Shown here piece by piece: positions 48,346-64,000 of a stretch of 64,000 nucleotides of DNA; within the stretch, counting starts at the first letter, position 1; each line of letters begins with the position of its first letter. Position numbers and translations under genes: made by a program. The DNA comes from Macrostomum lignano (lineage: Eukaryota), in contig NIVC01001512.1 in NCBI GenBank assembly GCA_002269645.1, positions 1 through 64,000 on the forward strand, written 5' to 3'. The notes under the pieces are model-generated. The model saw only the letters and a list, made by a program, of their open reading frames with translations, ran no database searches and was not told the DNA's origin.

Positions 48346-51300
48346 TCACTGCCGACGGCTCCGGCTGGCCGTCGACGATGTCGAACTCCGTCTTGACATC
48401 GGCTGCGAGCCGGACGGCGACTTCGGCAGCTCCGTGCCGATGTTCACCCGTCCGGGGACGGCCGCCACCGCGGCTCCGGTTGGCGTAGCCGAGCCTCGCG
48501 ACGCCACCGAGGCCGCCGAGGAGCGGACGCTGGACCGGGCGCTCGAACGGGCGGACGACTCGGCCGAGGCGCTGCCGGCCATGCCGGTGCCAGTGGTGGG
48601 CAGCGGCACTCCGCTCTGCTGCATGTAGCTCTCGGCGGTGCTTGCCACCTCTTCGCCAGTCGACTGGGCGACGCGCAGCACCTCGGAAGCGACGCGGCGG
48701 TTGAATTCGCGGAGCTCGCGCAGCCCGATGTCGGCCTCGATAGGGGCGGCCACCGAGGGACCTTTGGCGCGGGCGATCGCCTTGTCGGCGCGTTCAAGTT
48801 TTGCCTGCAGCGATGGCGGGTTGTTTCATGTCACGCGCCGTTTTGTTGTTTCAGACTGCTAAGGCCCCTTAGCACACGCGCTTAATATACTTGTGCTCTA
48901 ATTTTCTAATTAGAAGTTCTAGAACCAATAAAACCTTACCTGATGCTCGGACCGTTCGCGCTCCCTCTGACCAACCAGCTGTTCGAGTTGGCCCACCTGC
49001 TCCCTGTACAGAGCGTCGTCCTTGGCCAGATTCTCCAGAGCCTCCTGCATAGTCTGGAGCTCTTCTTCCATCTCGCGAATCTGCCGCCGCTTAGCCTTGT
49101 ACTTGTCCGTGACCGCCCGCATCTGCTGGTCCAGCTGCTCACGCTGGGCGGCCTCGTCGCTAGTTGGGCCGACCTTGCTGAACGTCTGTCGATAGTTCTC
49201 GTTGCAGGAGTTCATCAGGCGCAGAGTGTTCTCCAGGGCGCGGCACTCTTTCTCAGCCTTGCGGATCTGGGCGTCGAGTTGGTCGCCGCGTCGCTGCAGC
49301 TCCTCGCGGTCCTGTGCAGCCTTGATGACGTAATAGGCCTGCGAGCGCTCCTCTTCTCCCTCAGGCGGCGCCATGGAAACCATGATAATCTCGTAGCGTT
49401 TCTGGAGCTTGTCGATCTTGGCTTCGCGCTCGTGCAACTCCGACGAAACCTGCTGACGCTCGTCGTCAGCGGATCGAATCTGCGCCTGGAGCATCTCCTT
49501 GTGAATGCCGATCTCTTCGCGGCGCTCCTTCATCGCCGTCTCGAACTGCAGCTTTCGCTTGTCCTCGGACATTACCCGGTCGGCACGGTTGTTCAGTTGG
49601 TCGCGCAGCCGCTTCACCTCCAGACGCATCAAGTTTTCGTCTACCATGACGCTCTGGCGCTCCTGCACGATTCGGCCGGCTTCTCGCGTCGAGTTATCAT
49701 TGTGCAGGCTCAGCTCCTCGATCTTAGTGCTGAGATCGCCTTTCTCCTGTTTGGTCTTGTCCATGTCGCGCTTGCAGCGCCTGATCTCGTCCTGCAGCTG
49801 GCGCAGCTGTCCGCTAAGCGTAGTGGCCACCTGGACGCGCTGGTCCAAGTCGGCGTTGAGCTCCTTGATGCGGGCCTCCAGCGCCACCTTCTCGTCGCTG
49901 TTGGTCTCGCCGCTCATCCGACTGATGCGGCGCTGCAGTTGCTGGATTGAAAAATCCTGGTTGTACAGAATCTCTTGCTGCTTCAACAGGTCGTGGTCCA
50001 GTTTGGCGATCTTGGCGTTGAGGTTCCTGAGCGCGGCCCGGTTGCCCATGATGGTGGCCTCGGACATCCGCTCTTCGGTCTTGGCGTCGTGCAGCTGCTG
50101 GGCGCTGCGGAACTGCTGCTCCCGCAGACTCTTTAATTCCTTCTCCATCTCTTTCTGACCAACCTCCTCCGACTTCATCAGCTCGTCCATGTTGGCCGCC
50201 TGCTGCTCGGCGGACAGGCGATCGTTTTGCACCCGCTTGAGGTGGTCTTCCAGGCCGGCTCGCTCCCTGCCAGTCACCTCAAGCTTGGTCTTCTTGGCTG
50301 CCGTCTCCGACTGGAATAGAAAGGTTGAGGCAAAGATAAGGTACTGTGCTCACTGTACATGTAGGTAAGTCTATTATTATTTTCCCATGTAATCAACAGA
50401 TTTTGAAACCGATAAAATTAACAATCAAACGCACCTTCAGATGCGTGATGTCGCTTCTGGCCAGCTCCAGGTCTTTATTAGTCCTATCGACAGTTCGTTT
50501 CAGCGAGTCCAGCTCGTTCTGAAAGTTGGCCCGCTGAACCTCGGCCTCCTGGTACTCCAGCCGGATTTTGCCGGCGTTTCTTTCCGCTACGCCGATGCGC
50601 TTCTCCATCTCTGTATTGTTGTCCTTCTCGCTGTCTAGGAAGTTCTGCTTCTCCTTGATCAGCTCCTCCTTCTCGCGGCAAACCTGCTTGGCCCTGGCCA
50701 GCTGGGCGGCCAGCAGCTCGATCTCCTTGTCGCGTGTCTCCATTCGCTTGATGGTTCCTTCCCACTGCCGGATGAGGTCCTGGCGCTCCTGGTGGGCCTG
50801 GCGAAACTGCTCAGCCGCCTTGTCGAGCTCAACCTGTGTCGTCTGCGTCTCAATCACCAGGTTGTCAAGCCGAACCTTCTTGGCGTTGCGCTCGTCCGTT
50901 AGGCGCTCCAGTTGCAGGCTGAGCTCCCGGATTTTGCCCTCGTCCTGACGCGTGTACTTTTGCAGAGCCAACGAGTCTTCAGTTTTCTTCTCGCTCTCCT
51001 CGAGCCAAGCCTCCAGAGCCTGCTGGTTCCAGTTCATCTGCGCCTTCATCTCCTCCAGCTGCGCCGTCTGCTTAAAGATGTTGTTCTCCAGCTGGTTCTT
51101 CGTGGCCTTGCTGTTGCTGATCTCCTTGTCCAGTCGGCGAATTTCCTGGTTTAGGCGGCCCTCCTCGCGCTCGGACACCTTGGTGATGTGCTGCTCGGTC
51201 TCCACTTCGTGCACCCTGGCCTGGAAAAGTGCCTGCGTCTGCATGAGCTCCTGCCGCACATTCTTGATGTGCGCCTCCAGCGCGGTGACCTTGTCGTCCA

Positions 51301-52327
51301 CATGCTCGATCTCATTGCCCGCCGATGTGCCCGCCTTGTTGAGGCTCTCGACCTGTTAGTAAACACGAAGAAAGCTATTTTTTAGAAGCCTTTAGACTAA
51401 GCTTGTAATTAGCTAATAATGAAAGAATTAAATACTCTGGGATGCATGTCTGGGATACATATATGCAATATACACACATTACATTTTATTTATTACATGC
51501 GTCTAAAAATTGATTTAAAGACAGCAAAAAACAAAAAAGATATGTAATCCAGATAAGGTTTGCTCTATGATTTATCTTTGCGCCAAATTCTTCAAATATT
51601 TCTATGCAAATGTAGTAGATGTTTCTAGATGTTGACAAGGCTTAGATAGTTTTGGTTCATTAAGTTAAAGCAAATATTATTCTATTTTATTGCAGTATTT
51701 TCAGGACGCAGTTGTTGCAGATTCTTCATATAAAATATTTTTAAAATAGGCTTACAATCAAACCATAGCTCTGAGAAAGACAGTTTCCTAATCTTTTGTA
51801 TTTATTTTATAGTTAAAGGAAATGTACAGTCAGCTGAATGAGACAAGTTAAATTAGCTATACAGAATTGTAAGGTGTGTTCATAATATTTTTAGTGGCTC
51901 ATCGCACTTTAAAAAAGTGCGAAATATAATTTAAAGAACTTTAAAAGTTCTGCTTAGAATTAAGTTCGTGTTTTGATATTAACCAGTAAAATGTATTGCT
52001 TAATTAAAAATCTTCCAACTATTTTTAAACTAGAAGAATGTTGTTAAGACTTGGTATCACAATTTATCAAAAATATTTATTTTTAGAATTTTGAGCAAAA
52101 ATCTCTTTTTTTTCTGTGTGTGAGACACTTTGACTTAAAATGTCATTTTAGAAAAAAGCAAAAGCACAGTGGCATTTTTCCCAATAATTATTCAAGTTAA
52201 CATATTTTCAAGGATTTACCAGGGCAATTAGACGTTTGTTGTCATCGTTTGCCACCGGAATAGCGAGTCCATCATCCCATTCCAACTCCTGAAGGATGGA
52301 ATTCACGACAGAATTCCTGTCACTCAT
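48346..52327 (-). CDS. CCDC39: Coiled-coil domain-containing protein 39 (axonemal 96-nm ruler), ~951 aa; exons 52327-52220, 51352-50435, 50310-48940, 48804-48346
   Basis: Contains ELEWDDGLAIPVANDDNKRL, KMNWNQQALEAWLEES-type segment, PPEGEEERSQAYYVIKAAQDREELQRRGDQLDAQIRKAEKECRALENTL and YMQQSGVPLP. All introns are phase 0 GT-AG. Confidence 0.95.
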
Positions 52328-52704
52328 GATGACCGCGGCAGGTATGTTGGAAAAATAATTGGAATGTAAAATTTTGAATTGGTAATCGTTTGCTTCACAA
52401 TAATAGTTTTTTTGAGTTATAAATCTTTTCAAACTAGAAACAAAATTTCTTATAAAAAAAGAATATTACTTTGTGGCAAATTACTATTTTATCTGTAATT
52501 TGCGGACTGTTTAGGGTAATTTGTTTTAGTGATAACTCACGAAAAAATCGGATATACTAGAAATGAATGTTTCCTATTTGCACTCAATCCGCTTGATATT
52601 CCTAAATTTATGTAAGTCGAGTTGTGCCGGTCTTAATGATTTTTTAATTAGGCATAAAACGTGCGCTACGTAAGATATAAAATTAGAATAGAATCCTATA
52701 ATTT

Positions 52705-52985
52705 TCTAAACTAAGCTTTCGAACGAAGATGGTTTTCAAAACGAATTTTCTAGGCTTTGTGAATATCAATTGTGCTATAAGAAAGGCAAATCATATTAAA
52801 AGGCAAAAACATTTTGTCTGCATCCTATAAAGAGGAATTAAAATTTCTGTGCTGAAAAAATGAAACCCTTTTATCTCCATATAATGTGCATGCGTTTTTA
52901 GGTAAAAAACTACATGTGTAGCTGCCTCTAGAATTTCCAAGAAACGTAGTTTCCCATCCTCCGAACTACTTTGAGTAGTCTTTTT
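52705..52985. mobile_element. Single diverged arm of the foldback family
   Basis: tttctgtgctgaaaaaatgaaa...tttccaagaaacgtagtttcccatcc...gagtagtc matches the right arm at 9460-9580. Confidence 0.6.
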
Positions 52986-53789
52986 GCATAGTGGATAAAC
53001 TCAAGAAGTGCTCAAGTTGTCGTTGAATTGACTCAATGGCGATAAAAAATGGTTGAATACAGCTAGTGCACGTTATATTGATACATGTACATGTATATCA
53101 AGTGCTGAGAAAATTTGGCTGTTAAAGCTGGACTCTTTTACCGTTTTTAATGCTAGAAGTCCGCCGCTTCCAGCCTCATATTTTTATAATGGTACCAATT
53201 GTGTGTTCTAAATGACAGTCGCTCTGCAGGCCTAGATTTTGATTTCATGGTTAAAGGCTAAAGATGGTCAGCTTCTTTCTGCGAATAGTTTTTTTCGATT
53301 CCAATTATATATTTTTTCTTTGCTTATTGTTTTGTTATACGCTTCTTTTAAGGTCATTGATTCGAATCTGTAACATTTATGTTCGTGTTCCGTGACATAT
53401 TATTGACAGGTTTTTTTAGATCAGATGAAGCGGATTGCATGTAAATGTAAAGATACGCACTTAAATGCAGAGAGCCAAGCAAACCAATGCAAAACATCCG
53501 TTGGCACAGAATTTATAGCCGTAAAGTATGCATGCGCTGCGTGCAGTGTACGAGCTACATGTACTGCTGTCGAGCTCAAAACATTGGCAACTTTATTTTG
53601 CTAAAAAAATTCAATGAAAATTTATCGACCGCTAAATTTTATATTTCTTTAATAGCTTTATACTTCTAAAAACACACTCACGAGGATGAGTGCCTGTCGG
53701 GGTAAGTCATTAGTTTATCATGCTTTCGCGTGCTCAAGGACTATTCAAGTAACATATATAAAGGACGCAACACTCGAAATCTATGGTAA

Positions 53790-54020
53790 ATGTTTTGAAG
53801 GCAACCTTTCGCCAAAAATACACTACAGAGATGGGAGGTTTTAATTTTTTCAGGACAAAAATTGTTATTGCTTTTGATAGGAGGCAGATCCAGTGTTCAT
53901 CTTTTGATATGTTGTGCCTTTCTTATTGCTCTATTGATATTCATAAAGCTTTTTGTTCAGAAATAGTTTTAAAGGCAGGTTTCACCGGAAAAATACACTA
54001 CGGAGATAGGAAACTTCACG
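53790..54020. mobile_element. Arm fragments of the foldback family
   Basis: Near-identical to 8925-9100 (aaaaatacactac.gagat...gataggaggcagatccagtgttcatcttttgatatgttgtgcc). Confidence 0.8.
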
Positions 54021-54301
54021 ATTTTCAACACTAAAGCAGTGATTGGGTCTCTTAACAGTGTCAGAGAAAGTTCTAATCACACTATTTTGTGCCTCACACT
54101 CACATGCTGCTCTACCGACGCATTAATCGATTTTTCATGTTAAATTGGTCATGTCACTATTTTAAACGTTTTTTTTTCAAGTGACAGACCAACTCATGAA
54201 AAATAAAACGGAACTCGTATGGTCCTACTTTTATGCATGATCGTTGATAAGGAAATGTTAGAGAAAAAACTCCTTTGAAAATAATCGTTTAGCATTGATG
54301 A

Positions 54302-55069
<768 letters not shown>

Positions 55070-55110
55070 CTATCGCCGCTTTAGTTGTTTTTAATTATTC
55101 CGGCTCTCTT

Positions 55111-55662
55111 TTAGCAGCAGGTGAACCAAAGTTGCTCTTGGAACGGGTTTCCTTCCCTTTGGCTTCCCACTTTACCACTTACGCGAGTTTGATGCAGAGA
55201 TGCTGGAGAATCAGTTCTCTGCTTTGGAGGCGGCCCATGTATTTGGTTTGTTACGGCTTGCTTGTAGAGCTTTAGCGTAGGAGTTGCATTCCAAGCAAGT
55301 CGACTGTGAGCCTCGTGACGATTTTTCGGACACATGTACATGTGGTCCTCCAAGTGCTGACTGCATACAACAGCATTCGCCCATTTGTGCTCGAACTTCT
55401 TGCCTATAAGGTCAGCTCGGAATATCCGGCGAGCCCAATCTTCACACCTGTAATGCTAATTATATCAGTCGCAGTTGCTAAACGTAGATGAAGGTACGAA
55501 GGCTTCTTCAGAGAGAATGACGAAGTTGGTCATTTCGCAATCTGCAACTCACCGATCACGGTCTGATGGAAACCTGTGGAATCGTGTTCCAGGTGGACAT
55601 TCAAAAGCGTAGTTTGGGCAGTCGTAGGCTGCGCACTGTGTCCGTAATTTTGCAGATGGCAT
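55111..55662 (-). CDS. THAP zinc-finger protein; exons 55662-55553 and 55447-(55183 donor or 55111 stop)
   Basis: MPSAKLRTQCAAYDCPN...RFHRFPSDRD|RCEDWARRIFRADL...VVCSQHLE...LAWNATPTL gives the C-x4-C...W...C-x2-H signature plus an AVPT-like box. The 105-nt intron is GTGAGT...TTACAG with matching phase 2. Confidence 0.85.
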
Positions 55663-56077
55663 AAAGCAATTGGCTTCTCTGCATTTTGCTTAGCAAAGAT
55701 TCTTCTTCCTCTCTTAAAACTCAAAACCACGCAGTGCATTCTGTGTACGTTCTGCGGTCAGCTCGATTTCCCAGTCTATTTTCCTTTCCCTTGTCATCCC
55801 CACCATCAGGACATTCTGATTGGCTGCTGAGTGCCTCTTATACCCAAACCGTTTTCGTCAGAATGCAACTCGCGATCGTTTTGATATGCTCGACGCAAAT
55901 GCAAATTCCTGTCTTGACATTTTTCCCATAAACAACTAGAGAATAACGAGCAGTCCTGAGTCCTTATAGTATATTACTTGATTTGCTTTCTTGGTGTCAA
56001 GCCTCAGGAATATAATTTAAAAGGAATCAGGTGAGACCATTTTTAAACTGAAATAAAGCCACGCTTGTTTAGACCGA

Positions 56078-56091
56078 GTTGCCATAGCGAC
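56078..56091. promoter_or_regulatory. RFX X-box-like motif GTTGCCATAGCGAC
   Basis: Matches the GTNRCC-N(0-3)-RGYAAC consensus apart from one base; lies upstream of the THAP and CCDC39 genes. Target unknown. Confidence 0.4.
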
Positions 56092-56504
56092 GTGATGCGC
56101 TGTGGACGAGCACCAGCTGTCGTTGAACAAAATAATAATTTTGCATGACTATAATCAGAGGCGATTTCCATTTATTATTCTCCATACCGACTTAGAACAG
56201 TAAGCTTTTTGGAGAGTAAAACGTAAAACTTTATTTATACAAATTAGGCCTTACTGAATAAAGTGAGCAAAGACATATTAGAATTCCAAACACGCTGCCC
56301 AGTTGCAAATTAGAAAATTTCAAGATAAAATTCTATCGCTCTCAGCTTCCTGCAGTTTTTTAGCCTCGATTTGGGGAGGGGCCAATTTCAAGATCCCTGG
56401 AGACCGAAGAGGGTCCAGACTCTAAGATTTTATAAGGCCTAGTAGGCAATTAAACAGTTGGAAATAATTGCTCTTTTGAAGCCGGAAAACGCAGAAAAAA
56501 TTCT

Positions 56505-56910
56505 GGTTGACCGAGGCGGATTGTTTATTGACTGAGGCGGATTGTTTATTGACTGAGGCGGATTGTTTATTGACTGAGGCGGATTGTTTATTGACTGAGG
56601 CGGATTGTTTATTGACTGAGGCGGATTGTTTATTGACTGAGGCGGATTGTTTATTGACTGAGGCGGATTGTTTATTGACTGAGGCGGATTGTTTATTGAC
56701 TGAGGCGGATTGTTTATTGACTGAGGCGGATTGTTTATTGACTGAGGCGGATTGTTTATTGACTGAGGTTCACTATTTATTGACCGAGGCGGATTGTTTA
56801 TTGACTGAGGTTCACTATTTATTGACCGAGGCGGATTGTTTATTGACTGAGGCGGATTGTTTATTGACTGAGGTTCATTGTTTATTGACCGAGACGGATT
56901 GTTTACCGGT
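56505..56910. repeat. 21-bp tandem minisatellite (gactgaggcggattgtttatt), ~19 copies
   Basis: Visible; source of the TEADCLL ORF. Confidence 0.95.
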
Positions 56911-57443
56911 ATTGACCGAGCCCAGAAAATTTAGCTAAATCGCTTCTTAATCGAGTTTTCTTCTAATTTGATGCAGAATAAGGCAGCTCAAGTATCTGAA
57001 TTTGGTGCAAATCCCATTTGTAGCATGCTGCTTCCGGGCTGCAGTGCCAAATGGTTAATTAAGCAACTTTTTGAGGCGGCCATGTGGGAACTGGAAGGGT
57101 TCCTTAATTCGCCCTGGGAGACTGGGGAGGTTAATGAATAAAAGGTATTTTTCACGCAATTTGAGTCCTTTAACTAAACGGGGCGTTTGGGTCTGATTGG
57201 ATTGGCATCTTTTCAAGTGTGAAATCCGATTTTGTAGGGCTGATGGCTTAGGGAAGGGGGCGGAAAATCTTGTAAGTAATGGAGCTAGCTATGCTAAGTT
57301 TTAAGGCATTGTATAGGCAGGTAGATAGGTAGGCAAGTTGTTAAGTTGATAGGTGAGTAGGTAGATAGAAGGTAGCTGAGCTAAACAATAAGCCCATTCT
57401 CTATCATTGAAGCGAAGTCAGTGATCAGAAGACCTCAGAATAT

Positions 57444-57456
57444 CAACAACAACAAC

Positions 57457-57507
<51 letters not shown>

Positions 57508-57569
57508 TCAATGACAATGACAACCACAAGAACAGCAACAACCACATCATTATCATCAACAACAACAAC

Positions 57570-57602
<33 letters not shown>

Positions 57603-57820
57603 GCAACAAAAACAACATCAACAGACAACCACAAGAACAGCAACGACCACATCATTATCATCAACAACAACAAAAACAAAAAAACATCATCATCATCATC
57701 AACCACGACGACAAAAAAAACAAAAAACATCATCATCATCATCATCATCAACCACAACGACAAAAAAAAACAACAACAACAACAACAACAACAAAAACAT
57801 CATCATCATCATATCATCAT

Positions 57821-57858
<38 letters not shown>

Positions 57859-57885
57859 TAACAACAACAACAACAACAACAAAAA

Positions 57886-57918
<33 letters not shown>

Positions 57919-58097
57919 TATCATCATTAACAACAACAACAACAAAAACATCATCATCATCATCATCATCATTTCATCATCATCATCATCATCATCATTT
58001 CATCATCATCATCATCATCATCAGTTCATCATCATCATCATCATCATCATTTCATCATCATCATCAACATTAACAACAACAACAACAACAACAAAAA

Positions 58098-58139
<42 letters not shown>

Positions 58140-58360
58140 TAACAACAACAACAACAACAACAAAAACATCAACATCATCATCATCATCATTTCATCATCA
58201 TCATCATCATTTCATCATCATCATCATCATCATCATTTCATCATCATCATCAACATTAACAACAACAACAACAACAACAAAAACATCATCATCATCATTA
58301 TCATCATTTCATCATCATCATCATCATCATCATTAACAACAACAACAACAACAACAAAAA

Positions 58361-58393
<33 letters not shown>

Positions 58394-58637
58394 TATCATC
58401 ATTAACAACAACAACAACAAAAACATCATCATCATCATCATCATCATTTCATCATCATCATCATCATCATCATTTCATCATCATCATCATCATCATCATT
58501 TCATCATCATCATCAACATTAACAACAACAACAACAACAACAAAAACTTCATCATCATCATCATCATCATTTCATCATCATCATCATCATTTCATCATCA
58601 TCATCAACATTAACAACAACAACAACAACAACAAAAA

Positions 58638-58679
<42 letters not shown>

Positions 58680-58750
58680 TAACAAAAACAACAACAACAA
58701 CAAAAACATCAACATCATCATCATCATCATTTCATCATCATCATCATCAT

Positions 58751-58794
<44 letters not shown>

Positions 58795-59120
58795 TAACAA
58801 AAACAACAACAACAACAAAAACATCAACATCATCATCATCATCATTTCATCATCATCATCATCATTTCATCATCATCATCATCATCATCATTTCATCATC
58901 ATCATCATCATCATCATTTCATCATCATCATCAACATTAACAACAACAACAACAACAACAAAAACATCATCATCATTATCATCATCATCATCATCATCAT
59001 CATCAACAACAACAACAACAACAACAAAAACATCAACATCATCATCATCATCATTATCAACAACCACAATGACAAAAAACAAAAACAACAACATTATAAT
59101 CATCAAAAACAACAACAACA
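57444..59120. repeat. Compound (AAC)n/(CAT)n trinucleotide repeat with higher-order structure, ~1.7 kb
   Basis: Alternating AAC and CAT tracts joined by recurring aaaa and tt junctions. Confidence 0.96.
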
Positions 59121-59509
59121 GAATACGCCGTCAATGTGCTTAGAAGTAAACTTCAGAACACCAGAAAATGCTTCATGAAAAATTTCTTCAAAAACTTTCT
59201 GATTCCCGTCAGAGGAATCGAGTGGACAGAAAAAGAGACAGATATCAGGAAAGTTTTAGAGAAAAAAGGCGCCCCCTTGGGGAAAAGCGGCTCCATAAAC
59301 AGTTTCTCCCATCTCTCTTGCTTCCCACCTCCAGTCTCGGCGGTTCCCATCATTTTTAGGTCAACTCGAGCTAGGAACAGCAAATTGAAAATAAAAGAAC
59401 ACCCCGGATATAAACAGGCAGATCTGCCAGCGCGAACTGGTGCACCCATCTACACCCTGAAGACAGCTCGCACTGGCTGTCCCTGCCCGGAGACTGGAGG
59501 AAGCTTGAT

Positions 59510-63354
<3,845 letters not shown>

Positions 63355-63399
63355 GTGAGCGGCAGTTGTGGCTGCGTTCTTAAACTGGGAATTTGTTCA

Positions 63400-63700
63400 C
63401 GAGTTGGTCTTGGAGCGGCTCAACGGCATCTGGCGCCACGATCCTTGGGTTGGATTCCACATTAATTTGAGGCCTGTGCACAGAAATTGTCCGGCGAACC
63501 CCCAAGGCACAGACAGTGTACATGCCTGACGATTAGACAGTCAGGGCAGCTGTACACCCTGTGAGAGCGTGTGCGTGACAGCGTGCCTGCGTACAGTATC
63601 GGCACGCTTGCATGTACACAGGAGTCAGTAGAATAGAGGATCAGCGCTGATTGCTTGAGGGACCATTGCCCACACAGTCGGAATTTCAAGTCAAATCCAG
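63400..63700 (+). mobile_element. SINE-related copy sharing the central core
   Basis: gggttggattcc (B-box-like), cacattaattt, ccccaaggcacag...gtacatgcctgacgattag...gtacaccctgtgagagcgtgtg. Confidence 0.65.
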
Positions 63701-63824
63701 TCACTAGACATTGCTGGACTAGATTAGAACTAGACTAGACTAGACTAGACTTCAAATCCGATTGGATTGAAATTTCGACTGGAAAAACCCTGCGGGAAAA
63801 CTTCGGCGGGAATATTCTCATAGA

Positions 63825-63930
63825 CCCCTGTGCCCTGGGGGTTGGCCCTCATGAATTTCACTACCTACCACCCCAGGCGCACAAGCCCCAAAATGAATGT
63901 GGCCGCGCTCGAACCAGGGTCGTGATGCGA
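63825..63930 (-). mobile_element. Short SINE 5'/core fragment in inverted orientation
   Basis: gccctgggggttggccctca and ccccaaaatgaatgtg...tcgaaccagggtcg resemble 22290-22410. Confidence 0.5.
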
Positions 63931-64000
63931 GAGTGACGCAAGTAATAGTCATCGCTTCTTTCGCTCTAAGTCCGCATTAAGGTTTGCTAGGTTTCCCCTG

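Noticed and set aside
48943-51359. Long plus-strand ORFs antisense to CCDC39
   Set aside because: These are shadow ORFs caused by GC-rich codon usage of the coiled-coil gene; no independent motifs were seen.
56507-56938. TEADCLL repeat ORF
   Set aside because: It is a translation of a 21-bp tandem array starting at a non-ATG codon.

Overview
Eukaryotic (metazoan) genomic DNA with GC-rich exons and AT-rich, repeat-filled introns. A free-living flatworm such as Macrostomum is my unverified guess. Reading splice sites by hand gives seven spliced genes: a secreted 8-Cys Ly6/uPAR (three-finger)-like protein (-), an aquaporin with NPA/NPI motifs and a non-orthodox ar/R filter (-), ZFPL1 (+), a CCDC74-like gene (-), CCDC39 (-), a small THAP zinc-finger gene (-) and the 5' part of a kainate-like ionotropic glutamate receptor (+) that runs off the window. 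There is also an intact tRNA-Leu(AAG). Mobile DNA includes a complete, very young Gypsy (Mag-like) LTR retrotransposon (326-bp LTRs, PBS, PPT, 5-bp TSD) inserted within about 35 bp of a hAT MITE and a tRNA-derived SINE. Two hAT transposase remnants, several nested MITE/foldback elements and many tandem repeats (units mostly 20-23 bp) are also present. The ~1000-aa ORFs at 2.2-5.6 kb and most short ORFs in the track are repeat artefacts. No CRISPR or prokaryotic system is present. All coordinates were counted manually and nothing was checked against databases.
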